Origin: Eubacteriales bacterium
GTDB lineage: Bacteria > Bacillota > Clostridia > Peptostreptococcales > Anaerovoracaceae
Reading direction: 5' to 3'
Assembly (NCBI GenBank): GCA_028872475.1
Contig: JAQYMQ010000013.1
Span: 35,407-99,406, forward strand
Length of the DNA stretch: 64,000 nt
Positions 11,347 to 20,718 of this stretch are shown here, piece after piece. The translations under genes and the position numbers were made by a program. The notes beneath the pieces were generated by a model. It made no database searches. It saw nothing but the letters and a program-made list of their open reading frames with translations, and was not told the origin of the DNA. Within the stretch, counting starts at the first letter, position 1. The number at the start of each line of letters is the position of its first letter.

Positions 11347-12297
11347 ATGCTTGAAATCGAAAAACCATATATCGAATGTATATATGATGACAAACAGAAA
11401 AATTATGGTAGGTTTGAACTTGAACCACTAGAAAGAGGCTATGGTACAACTTTAGGTAACAGTTTAAGAAGAGTTCTTCTTAGCTCATTACCTGGAGCAG
11501 CCGTTACATCTATCAAAATAGATGGCGTGTTACAAGAGTTCTCAAGTATTCCTGGAGTAAAAGAGGATGTAACAGAAATCATCCTAAATTTAAAGCAATT
11601 AGCAGTTAAGATTGTTGGTGTAGCTGATGAAGCTGTTGGCAAGATTGATATTACAGGTCCAGCAGAAGTTACTGCAGCTGATATAATTTGTGATAGCGAT
11701 GTGGAAATCTTTAATCCGGATTTACATATTGCAACATTAGCTGACGGTGCTAGACTTGTTATGCAGATCAAGATGGCTAAAGGTAGAGGCTATGTATTGG
11801 CAGAACAGAATAAGATTGCAGAAATGTCAAAGACAGCAATTGTTATAGATTCTATTTTTACACCGATTAAAAAAGTGAATTTTACAGTTCAAAATACACG
11901 TGTAGGACAGAAAACTGACTATGACAAACTTGTTTTAGAAGTTTGGACAGACGGATCTGTAACACCTACAGAGGGTGTATCTATGGCGGCTAAAATATTA
12001 TTCGAACATCTGAATTTATTTGTTCAACTTAATGAAGAGACAAGCCATAGAGAGTTTATGATCGAAAAGGAAGAAGATCAGAAGGAAATCAATCTCGAAA
12101 AGAGTATAGACGAATTAGAGCTTTCTGTTCGTTCGTATAACTGCCTAAAGAGAGCCGGAATTAACACTGTTGGTGATTTAACTCAGAAGACTCAACAGGA
12201 AATGATGAAGGTAAGAAATTTAGGTAAGAAATCCTTAGACGAAGTTGTTCTTAAACTTACTGAATTAGGTTTAGAATTTAGTCAAGGTGACGAATAA
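11347..12297 (+). CDS. rpoA: RNA polymerase alpha subunit
   Basis: [22 protein letters not shown]...[17 protein letters not shown]. Confidence 0.99.
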   Translation: MLEIEKPYIECIYDDKQKNYGRFELEPLERGYGTTLGNSLRRVLLSSLPGAAVTSIKIDGVLQEFSSIPGVKEDVTEIILNLKQLAVKIVGVADEAVGKIDITGPAEVTAADIICDSDVEIFNPDLHIATLADGARLVMQIKMAKGRGYVLAEQNKIAEMSKTAIVIDSIFTPIKKVNFTVQNTRVGQKTDYDKLVLEVWTDGSVTPTEGVSMAAKILFEHLNLFVQLNEETSHREFMIEKEEDQKEINLEKSIDELELSVRSYNCLKRAGINTVGDLTQKTQQEMMKVRNLGKKSLDEVVLKLTELGLEFSQGDE

Positions 12298-12316
12298 ATG
12301 AAAGGAGATACCGAAT

Positions 12317-12658
12317 ATGCCAGGTTATAGAAAACTAGGTAGAAACAGCGCTCATAGAAAATCAATGCTTAGAAATCTTGTTACTGATTTATTCAGAGAA
12401 GAAAGAATTTCTACAACTGCTCATAGAGCTAAGGAAGCTAGAAAGATAGCTGAAAAGATGATTACTCTTGCTAAAAGAGGCGATCTTCACGCTAGAAGAC
12501 AGGTTCTTGCATATCTTTATGATGAAGATGTAGTAACTAAGCTATTTGCTGATATTGCACCAAAATATGCTGAAAGAAATGGTGGCTACACTAGAATCCT
12601 TAAGCTAGGACCTAGACAGGGTGACTGTGCTGAAGTTGTATTCTTAGAGCTAGTATAA
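12317..12658 (+). CDS. rplQ: 50S ribosomal protein L17
   Basis: [14 protein letters not shown]...[18 protein letters not shown]. Confidence 0.99.
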   Translation: MPGYRKLGRNSAHRKSMLRNLVTDLFREERISTTAHRAKEARKIAEKMITLAKRGDLHARRQVLAYLYDEDVVTKLFADIAPKYAERNGGYTRILKLGPRQGDCAEVVFLELV

Positions 12659-12683
12659 TTTCTAGAAAAATACAATAATTTAA

Positions 12684-12720
12684 GTATCCAAGCCTAATTA
12701 ACAGGTTTGGATATTTTTTA
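12684..12720 (+). terminator. Intrinsic terminator ending the ribosomal protein cluster
   Basis: TATCCAAGCCT-AATTAAC-AGGTTTGGATA followed by a T-run. Confidence 0.85.
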
Positions 12721-12902
12721 TAGAATCTCAATAAAAAAATTGAATTATAATCATTGAGGATACCTATATCATATATCGAAAATACCTATAGGATAATATG
12801 GCATATATAGTTTATATAAATAGACAATAATGTTATAATCAAACAATATGCATAGACAAATTTTTTGATTAGTATTTTTAAGTGAATTAGGGAGGAGAGT
12901 TA

Positions 12903-14750
12903 ATGGTTAAAGCGAGAAGGTTATTTACGGTTTTAATCGTAATGATGATGACAATTGCAGCAATCGTGCCGTATACTGCACAAGCTGTAGACTATAAAGA
13001 GGAAGATTATAAAGAAATTTATAATGCTGAAACAGCTACATTGTCAGGAATGCCTGTATATATGTCAGGTACAATAAATAAGGTAAATGATGAGCTTACT
13101 TTTACATTTTATGACACGACAGCACAGGTTTATGGTCCAACTGTAAAATCTGTAAATGGTGTATTGGCTGATGTTGAATTGATTAAGGGACATGATTATA
13201 GAATATTCCTTGAAGATGCTAAATATATTGTTCAAAATCCAAATAAAGCTGCTGGAAATTCTATGTATATAATGCTTGATGAGAGTGGTAATAAAGCTAT
13301 TTCTGCAAAGAGAATAGGACTACAGAATCAAAAGCCTATGGAAGCTATTTATGTTAAAGAAAAGGCAAAAGGTGAGGACAATAGAGTCGAAACAAGTACA
13401 GAAGTTATGGATTTTGGATTTGAAGATTTAACTGATACAAAAGTACTTTTTACTAGCGAATTTGAAACTGTTGAAGGAAAAATTGAAGATGAGTGGGGGA
13501 CGGTAACTGTTAAATTAATGGAAAGTGTTAACTATATAGTAAGCCTCGTTGATGATAATTACACCACTGCAGTATATCCTGTTACTGTCAAAGATCATTC
13601 AGAGAAAGGTGTACTTAAGCGTCTTTATCAGCATTTTTCATGTGCAGAGGCTAAGAAGATTATAGCGTCTTCTGAAGGTAAGATTTTCGTATACCCTAGG
13701 GTAAAGCCTCAATATATATCAGCAGGTATCCAAAAACCAGAATTATTAAAGATGACAGATATTAATAGTGTACAAAAAAATGCTGCAAATGAGAGCATTG
13801 TAACGGTAAAGGGAGTGCATGTACAGGATAAGGATATAACAGATGAAGATGCGAAACTCATTCTTAATGCTAGACCTCTTGGTAAAGGATCTCTTGACAA
13901 TATGGGGCAAAGGGATTATACAGTATTAGATATTGATCTTATTAATATGTATAGAACTGAAATTTGCAAGGTAGTAGCGGGTGACTATACTATTATCGCA
14001 AATGTGCCAGAGGCTCAAGGCAAAGAAGTAAAGGCTGTATGGGAAGCTGATTCAAATGGAAAACTAAAACCAGTTAAATTTTTTGAACAAGCTGGCGGAA
14101 AGATAACAATAAAAACAGATAGCCTTTCAATTTATAATACAGTTATAGAGTTTAAGACAGACATTTATGTGCCAACAGAGGAAAGTAAAGATCAGACATG
14201 GTCTAAAGATGCAGAAGTTGGACCTAAATTTACATTTAAATTAGAAGGTGAAGATGGAAGCGATAATGCTCCTAAGGCAAATGTAGATGAGCTTGAGGCA
14301 GTTAGAATTGATAATAATCAAGACCCGTTAAAAACTACAGACTATGATAAAAGACAAGGTAGTGTAATTGTTGAATTAACAAAGGCATATGCTGATAAAT
14401 TAACTCCTGGAGCTCATAAGCTAACTGCTGTGTTTAAAGGAGGTAAAGAAGTTACCGTAAACTTTAATGTAAAAGAGAAAAAAATTGAAGCTGAGCAAAA
14501 CCAAGGCGAAAACAATAATTCATCAATAGATAATAATGTAGTAGATAACAATAAATCAGTAAATGATAATTCAAATAATAAAGAAATAGCTAAAGTAAAC
14601 AATGTTAAAAACATTAAAAATAATGCTAAAGTTATAAAAGCTCAATCAGTAAGTACATCAGATACATTTAATTTAGGTATGTATATTATCGTTGGATTTA
14701 TTGCACTTGGTAGCATTGGCTTTATTGTTATAAAGAGGAGAGAGATATAA
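12903..14750 (+). CDS. Predicted cell-surface protein, 615 aa (signal peptide, unknown N-terminal region, Ig-like C-terminal domain, C-terminal anchor)
   Basis: Signal peptide ending YTAQA; domain GSVIVEL...LTPGAHKLTAVFKGG; Asn-rich linker; hydrophobic tail plus KRRE. Confidence 0.85.
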   Translation: MVKARRLFTVLIVMMMTIAAIVPYTAQAVDYKEEDYKEIYNAETATLSGMPVYMSGTINKVNDELTFTFYDTTAQVYGPTVKSVNGVLADVELIKGHDYRIFLEDAKYIVQNPNKAAGNSMYIMLDESGNKAISAKRIGLQNQKPMEAIYVKEKAKGEDNRVETSTEVMDFGFEDLTDTKVLFTSEFETVEGKIEDEWGTVTVKLMESVNYIVSLVDDNYTTAVYPVTVKDHSEKGVLKRLYQHFSCAEAKKIIASSEGKIFVYPRVKPQYISAGIQKPELLKMTDINSVQKNAANESIVTVKGVHVQDKDITDEDAKLILNARPLGKGSLDNMGQRDYTVLDIDLINMYRTEICKVVAGDYTIIANVPEAQGKEVKAVWEADSNGKLKPVKFFEQAGGKITIKTDSLSIYNTVIEFKTDIYVPTEESKDQTWSKDAEVGPKFTFKLEGEDGSDNAPKANVDELEAVRIDNNQDPLKTTDYDKRQGSVIVELTKAYADKLTPGAHKLTAVFKGGKEVTVNFNVKEKKIEAEQNQGENNNSSIDNNVVDNNKSVNDNSNNKEIAKVNNVKNIKNNAKVIKAQSVSTSDTFNLGMYIIVGFIALGSIGFIVIKRREI

Positions 14751-15331
14751 TTACTAATTTCAAAAATAAAAAATTATATATTATTTTAATAGTGTTAATC
14801 ATTATTGTTACTATTGGTATCTATTTTGGTAGTAGTAAGAATAATATAAAGATGAAGTCATTATTAAAAGAAAATACAACAAAAAATACTAGCCAAGTCG
14901 TAGATAATGACGATACGAGTATTAAAAGTAACGATGTTGAAAAAAAGGTACCTGTAGAAAAAGGTGAATCTTCTGCTAAAATTTTATCGAAGGATACAGA
15001 TGTTATTACAAAAAAAAATAGAGACTCTGTTACAAATATACTCACAGCTTTGCCTAAAGCGTCGACTAGCAAAATGTGGGTGGAACCTGTATATGAGATA
15101 AAACATCATCCTGCAAAAATAAGAAAAAAAAGAGAAATTGCTAGACTTGTTTGTCAACCATCGACATGTGGCAGAGAATTTTCAAGCGAAAAAGCATGGC
15201 AAGAACACAGACCTAAAATTTGAGATGGCTGTCATAGTACTTATGATATTCTTGAGTACAGATATTACGACGTGGTCGTAAAAGAAGCGTGGGATGAGAA
15301 GGTTTTGGTGAAACAGGGATATTGGAAATAA
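14747..15331 (+). CDS. Membrane-anchored zinc-finger-like protein A with in-frame TGA (15221-15223); candidate selenoprotein; start probably ATA/ATT at 14747/14750 (or GTG 14792)
   Basis: N-terminal hydrophobic anchor; WVEPVY..HHP; C-x4-C-x3-F-x5-W-x2-H-x4-[TGA]-DGCH; frame continues 35 codons (VVKEAWDEKVLVKQGYWK) matching paralog B. Confidence 0.75.
15237..15259 (+). promoter_or_regulatory. Candidate bacterial SECIS-like hairpin for gene A
   Basis: GTACTTA/TGAGTAC 7-bp stem, loop TGATATTCT starting 20 nt after the TGA. Confidence 0.5.
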
Positions 15332-15377
15332 TTAAATCCCATCTATAGAAAAGAAATTTTTAATTAGAAGAATTACA

Positions 15378-15413
15378 AAAGTAGGAATCCAACTGTATTG
15401 GGTTCCTATTTTT
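15378..15413 (+). terminator. Intrinsic terminator of module 1
   Basis: TAGGAATCCAA-CTGTA-TTGGGTTCCTA plus T-run, downstream of the read-through stop at 15331. Confidence 0.8.
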
Positions 15414-15564
15414 GTATTATGAAAACTTATATTCAGTATCAAAACAAACTATATATTGAATTTGTGTTAAACTAAGGTTTTATTTTTTTACTTCTATATA
15501 ATGAAAGATATAAGACTAATATGTTTTATGTTTGAAAAGTCGTTGTTTTTGAAAGGAGTATTGT

Positions 15565-18500
15565 ATGATTCAGAAACGTATTATGGCGGTATTTCTGGCA
15601 TTTATACTTGCCTTGTCGACGTGGAGTAGCATAACTGTACATGCTAATACTGAGACAGATGCAACTAATACAGATGCTGGGAATGCAGTTGTTGAGCAAG
15701 CAGATGGTACTAGCTTAAAAAGAGAAGTTAGTAATCCTAGTGAATGGACGTCTGCCGATTTTGAATATTCCTATGATGAAGAATTACTGTCAGGATGTGA
15801 TTATACTAGAGAGATTTGGTATAAAGGATCAGTTATAAAGGGTTTTTCTGAGACAGGTTTGGAAAAAGTTAAAACAAACAAAAATCTTGTTATCCCTGCG
15901 AGAGACAAAGATGGCAATTTGATTATGGGTATAGGTGAATATGCTTTTAAAGAGAAAGGTCTTACATCGGTTACTTTCCCGAAAGGCATGATTGTGCCTT
16001 ATGAGGATAAAATTACTAATAAGGTGACAAAGAGAGGTAATTTTATTATCTTTGATTGTGCTTTCCAAGGTAATGAACTTACCAATGTTGATTTGCCTGA
16101 AGGTGTGGTTTGTATAAAACCAAATGCATTCTATAAGAATAAAATCACAACAGTTCGATTACCTAGAACTATCTGGCATATAGAAACACAAGCTTTTGCA
16201 TCAAATAATATAAAGGATGTATATTTTCCTCAAACTTGTGATTTTCAACTTGAAATGCATGGAATGCCGTTTGTGTATAATCAGATAAAGTCAGTTCGAT
16301 TGCCTGATTATACGGAAGTGGTTAATAAGCATTCTTTTAGTCAGAATCCAGGTATGGAGCCAGTGCCAAGTAATGCACCTGATAAAGAAAAGAAGTTAGG
16401 TGGAGTTGTATATATGTATACAGACAACTTTGCCTTAAAAGATAAAGAAAGAATACATCACATAGAAAGAGTTGCTGAAAATCAAAAATCTTGGCATCAA
16501 AAACTTATAGTTAACGGTGTAGACGGCAATATGGATGCTAGTGATACTAGATATTGGAGTGAAGGCGATTTTATTATTGATGGTGGAATTGTTAAAGGTT
16601 TAAGTGCAAGTGGTATAGCAAAGCGTAAAATCAATAAAAATTTAGTTATTCCGTCAATAACTAAAACAGGTACAGTGATAACAGGGCTCGCTGATTCTAC
16701 AAATTCATCAGGCGGACTTTTTGCAACTGCTGATGAAAAGTTTGATAGTGTTGAATTACCGAGTGAATTACAAATAATTGGCAAAAATGCTTTTGCGGAA
16801 GCAGGATTAAAGGAAATTGTATTTTCGCATGTGTTAAAAGATATAGGTATGGCTGCCTTTAGAGGAAACAATCTTGAAACTGTTATTTTGCCGGATACAC
16901 TAGATAAGCTTGGTGGAGGAGCTTTTGCTACAAATCCTACATTAAGTCTTATCGTTTTACCAAAGTCATTAAAAGAAATACCTGATGGAGCTTTTGGTTG
17001 TTCTACAGGTAAGGAATATATGTCTAATTTAACAACATTGGTAATTCCGGAATCTGTAACAAAAATAGGTAATAATGCATTTGCGGGACATAATTTGAAA
17101 AATATTGAAATTCCTAAAAATGTTGTATCAATAGGCAATTATGCGTTTTCGACAAAAAACAAACTGTATGTAAAAGCAAGTCTTACATTGCCTGAAGGAT
17201 TGGAAGAAATTGGCGATAATGCATTTAGGAATGTCATTGTGGAAAGTGTAGACTTACCTAAAACTGTAAAAGCACTTAAACAAAATACATTTAGAGTGGA
17301 GTATTCACCAAGTGACCCTAATGCACCGACTGATTATTTTAAAACAAAGGTATTTGTAACAAATAAATCTCAGTATGAGGACAAGACAAACTTTCCTTTG
17401 TCAGATTATCATATGATAATACCTAATTTAGATAATGAGTGGTTTGCAGAAGATTTTACTTATAAAACAGTTGTGCCAAATGGTGAGGTTGAAAATGATA
17501 AGCTTATAGAAGAATTTAAGTTATATCTTCCTTCTGAAGGCACTGCAGCTACCAATAAAATTATAGATACGGAATATGTATTAGTTACAGGATTTTCTGA
17601 ACAGGGACTGTTGAAGTTAAAGAAAAATAAAAATCTTGTTATTCCGGAAAAGAATGTTGATGGCAAAAAAATAAATGGTATAGCTGCATCTGCATTTAAG
17701 GCAAAAGAGTTGGAGTCGGTTGTGCTTCCGTCAAATGTATTCAAGACAAAGGAAGAAGATACTAAAAATTCTTTTTGGTATACTGATTGGAATACAGCTT
17801 TAGAAAAAAGAGGGGACTTCTTTATTGGTTCAAATGCATTTTCAGGGAATAGTATTAAAACGCTAGTTCTTCCAGAGGGCGTCGTACATATAGGGTTTAG
17901 CGCTTTTAATAATAACCAGTTGACAGAAGTTACAATACCAAAAACTGTCATGAATATTTCGGGTCAGGGATTTGCAAATAATAAAATTACTAAAGTTAAA
18001 TTCTCTGAAAATACGGATTTCGCTAGTGCAATTGATTTAGGAGCATTTGGTGTAAATAATCTAAAGACAGTTACTCTTCCTAATAATTTATTTAAGCTAA
18101 ATGCAAACGCATTTATGAAAAATCCTGGAGTTAATAACGATATAAACGAAACAAAATTGGGTGGTGTTGTTGAGATTTATGACAAAGACAAACTTGTAAA
18201 TAAAGATTCAAGTATGTTTTGTCATACGGAAAGTACAGCTGCAACAAAATCTCTTGTTCAAAAATTAGCTTCAGGAGAACAGCCAATTGCTGATGTACCT
18301 TGGGGATTGAAACACTTTACTTTTGATGAGACAGGTACAATTATTACAGGACTTACAGATGCTGGTAAGGAGAAGATTAAGGTAGATACAAACTTAGTGC
18401 TACCTAATGTTGGTCCTAAAGGTGTAGATGTTGTTGCTATAGGTGATGGTGTAGGGCAAGTAGGTACTTTTGGTTACAAGGAATCTCAAGAGGTAACATA

Positions 18501-20649
18501 TAAACCAACAACTGTGGTGTTACCATATAAATTAGAAAAAATTGGCAAGTTTGCATTTTCAACGAATCCAATAGCGAATATTGTGTTGCCTGAAACATTA
18601 AAAGAAATAGGAATGTCAACATTTCAAAGTACTGATTTAGTTGATGTTGTTATACCAAATAGTGTTACAACAATAGGAAGTGGTGCATTTGCAAATAGTT
18701 CGAAATTAGAAAACGTAATCTTATCTACAGGAATAACAGAGATAGCGCCGTCTATGTTTAGTATGACTGCTATTAAGAGTATAGTGATTCCTGAAGGTGT
18801 AATTAAGATAGGTGATAGAGCTTTCGCAGGAACGAAGATAACTGATATTAAGTGGTCATCAACAGTTAATGAAATTGGTAAAAATGCATTTGAAAATCAT
18901 CAGTTTAAAGAAATTATATTGCCTGCAAATGTTACAAAAATCGGTAATAATGCATTTTATATAAGACAAGAAGGATTACCAAGAACTCTAAATAAGCTGG
19001 TATTAAATGATAAGTTAGAAGAAATAGGAAGTTGTGCGTTTGGTGGAAGTCAGGCACTTTCTATGGATCTTCCAAATTCTGTTGTAAAATTAAATAAGGA
19101 TGCATTTAAAGATAGTGAAGCTGTAGCTATTCTTAAAACTAGTAATGCTTCTAAACTTGAGGCCGCTACTGGTTATGTGCCAAAGGGTACAAAACACGAG
19201 ATTATTTTTGATAAGTTAGCTAATACAGGCTGGTCAAATGAAGATTTTATTTATGATGGTACTACTATAATAGGTTGGTCGGATACAGGAAAAGTAAAGG
19301 CACAAACGAATAAACATTTAGTTTTACCAGATATAAATCCTGAAGGAAAAGAAATAACGGCAATTGGAGAGAGTGCATTTAAAGTTCCAGATGATTTAGT
19401 CGTTGAACAAAAGACTAATGTTTCGTCACCAACAGGCTTGTTGACGGTAGATTTACCTGCAAATTTAAAGACAATTGGAGTAAAGGCATTTGAGTATAAT
19501 AGATTGGTAAACATAGACCTTAAAAATGTAGATGTTATAAGTGGACAGGCATTCCATGGGAATTTATTAGAAAAAATTGATTTGACAAATGTTCCTAATT
19601 TGGGAAGTGGTGCCTTTGCAATGAATGATTTAAGAGATATAAAATTTTCGCCTAATACTAAGGTTATTCCACAGGCAGCATTTTCTATGAATATTAGAAT
19701 GAGTGAACTAAATTTGCCACAAGGTCTTGAACAAATAGGAGAGAGTGCATTTGCAGGAGCAAGACTTGAGTCTTTACAGATTCCGGATACAGTGAAAAAA
19801 ATTGATAGAGCAGCATTTAAACTTCACCATATTGAAAGTTTAGAAATTCCGGGTTGTGTAGAAATTATTGGAGATTCAGCATTTGAAGGAACCTTTAAAG
19901 CACTTACACTTAAAAATTTAAAGTTAAATGAAGGTATAAAGTCTATAGGGAAAAATGCATTTAAGGAATCGTTGTTGGAGACAGTAAATTTGCCAAATAG
20001 TTTAGAAACTCTTGGTTCTACTCCATTCTTGAATAATGCAGGAGCAAATGTAAATGGCAAAAATGTTGTTGAGCTAAAAACTTTAAATCCAGATAAACAT
20101 TTAAAGTTTAATGAAGCTAAGTGTGCAGGAAATCCAGCTACACATAAAGTTATAGATATGACAGCAAATCCGAACACACCTGTGAATCCAAATAAACCTA
20201 ACAATCCTGACACACCTAGTCAACAAGGGAAAATATATATTGTTATTAAGGGTAATAATGCAAAATGGATAAAAGGTGTAAAGAGTGATTTAGAATTTAG
20301 ATTTACATTAGTAGAAAATGATAGTGCAACATTTAAAAACTTTGTAGGTATTCAAATTGATGGCAATGATGTATCAAAGAATAATTATACTTATCGTGAG
20401 GGTAGTGTAATTATAGACTTAAAAGTTTCATATTTGGAAACATTATCTGATGGAGAACATACTATTGTAGCTTTATTTAATGATGGTGGTAAGGCGAGTG
20501 CTAAGTTTACCATCGGTGATAAAAAATTGTTGGTAAAGAATATAGCAAAAACGGCAGACGATTTCAATTTAATTATATATATTGTCGTAGCTATGTTAGC
20601 TTTAGCAGGTTTTGGGGTATTGAAAAAAACAAGAAAGACAGGTAGATAA
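15565..20649 (+). CDS. Large BspA-type (LRR_5) leucine-rich-repeat surface protein, 1694 aa
   Basis: Many xIxLPxxLxxIGxxAF repeats; five W-x3-DF/HF-headed modules; signal peptide (VHA); Pro/Asn linker; Ig-like domain; C-terminal hydrophobic anchor plus basic tail. Confidence 0.92.
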   Translation: MIQKRIMAVFLAFILALSTWSSITVHANTETDATNTDAGNAVVEQADGTSLKREVSNPSEWTSADFEYSYDEELLSGCDYTREIWYKGSVIKGFSETGLEKVKTNKNLVIPARDKDGNLIMGIGEYAFKEKGLTSVTFPKGMIVPYEDKITNKVTKRGNFIIFDCAFQGNELTNVDLPEGVVCIKPNAFYKNKITTVRLPRTIWHIETQAFASNNIKDVYFPQTCDFQLEMHGMPFVYNQIKSVRLPDYTEVVNKHSFSQNPGMEPVPSNAPDKEKKLGGVVYMYTDNFALKDKERIHHIERVAENQKSWHQKLIVNGVDGNMDASDTRYWSEGDFIIDGGIVKGLSASGIAKRKINKNLVIPSITKTGTVITGLADSTNSSGGLFATADEKFDSVELPSELQIIGKNAFAEAGLKEIVFSHVLKDIGMAAFRGNNLETVILPDTLDKLGGGAFATNPTLSLIVLPKSLKEIPDGAFGCSTGKEYMSNLTTLVIPESVTKIGNNAFAGHNLKNIEIPKNVVSIGNYAFSTKNKLYVKASLTLPEGLEEIGDNAFRNVIVESVDLPKTVKALKQNTFRVEYSPSDPNAPTDYFKTKVFVTNKSQYEDKTNFPLSDYHMIIPNLDNEWFAEDFTYKTVVPNGEVENDKLIEEFKLYLPSEGTAATNKIIDTEYVLVTGFSEQGLLKLKKNKNLVIPEKNVDGKKINGIAASAFKAKELESVVLPSNVFKTKEEDTKNSFWYTDWNTALEKRGDFFIGSNAFSGNSIKTLVLPEGVVHIGFSAFNNNQLTEVTIPKTVMNISGQGFANNKITKVKFSENTDFASAIDLGAFGVNNLKTVTLPNNLFKLNANAFMKNPGVNNDINETKLGGVVEIYDKDKLVNKDSSMFCHTESTAATKSLVQKLASGEQPIADVPWGLKHFTFDETGTIITGLTDAGKEKIKVDTNLVLPNVGPKGVDVVAIGDGVGQVGTFGYKESQEVTYKPTTVVLPYKLEKIGKFAFSTNPIANIVLPETLKEIGMSTFQSTDLVDVVIPNSVTTIGSGAFANSSKLENVILSTGITEIAPSMFSMTAIKSIVIPEGVIKIGDRAFAGTKITDIKWSSTVNEIGKNAFENHQFKEIILPANVTKIGNNAFYIRQEGLPRTLNKLVLNDKLEEIGSCAFGGSQALSMDLPNSVVKLNKDAFKDSEAVAILKTSNASKLEAATGYVPKGTKHEIIFDKLANTGWSNEDFIYDGTTIIGWSDTGKVKAQTNKHLVLPDINPEGKEITAIGESAFKVPDDLVVEQKTNVSSPTGLLTVDLPANLKTIGVKAFEYNRLVNIDLKNVDVISGQAFHGNLLEKIDLTNVPNLGSGAFAMNDLRDIKFSPNTKVIPQAAFSMNIRMSELNLPQGLEQIGESAFAGARLESLQIPDTVKKIDRAAFKLHHIESLEIPGCVEIIGDSAFEGTFKALTLKNLKLNEGIKSIGKNAFKESLLETVNLPNSLETLGSTPFLNNAGANVNGKNVVELKTLNPDKHLKFNEAKCAGNPATHKVIDMTANPNTPVNPNKPNNPDTPSQQGKIYIVIKGNNAKWIKGVKSDLEFRFTLVENDSATFKNFVGIQIDGNDVSKNNYTYREGSVIIDLKVSYLETLSDGEHTIVALFNDGGKASAKFTIGDKKLLVKNIAKTADDFNLIIYIVVAMLALAGFGVLKKTRKTGR

Positions 20650-20718
20650 ATATAAATTTGTAAATATGATGAAAGATAGATATATTTTAAAATATATTAG
20701 TAAAGGGATAGTGAACTT

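Noticed and set aside
14940-15018. A8 and A9 homopolymers in gene A as phase-variation tracts
   Set aside because: Runs of this length are common in this AT-rich, Lys-rich sequence and the frame is intact.
20161-20226. Pro/Asn-rich NPNTPVNPNKPNNPDTP segment as a DNA repeat or CRISPR-like element
   Set aside because: Ordinary wall-spanning protein linker; imperfect, with no spacer structure.
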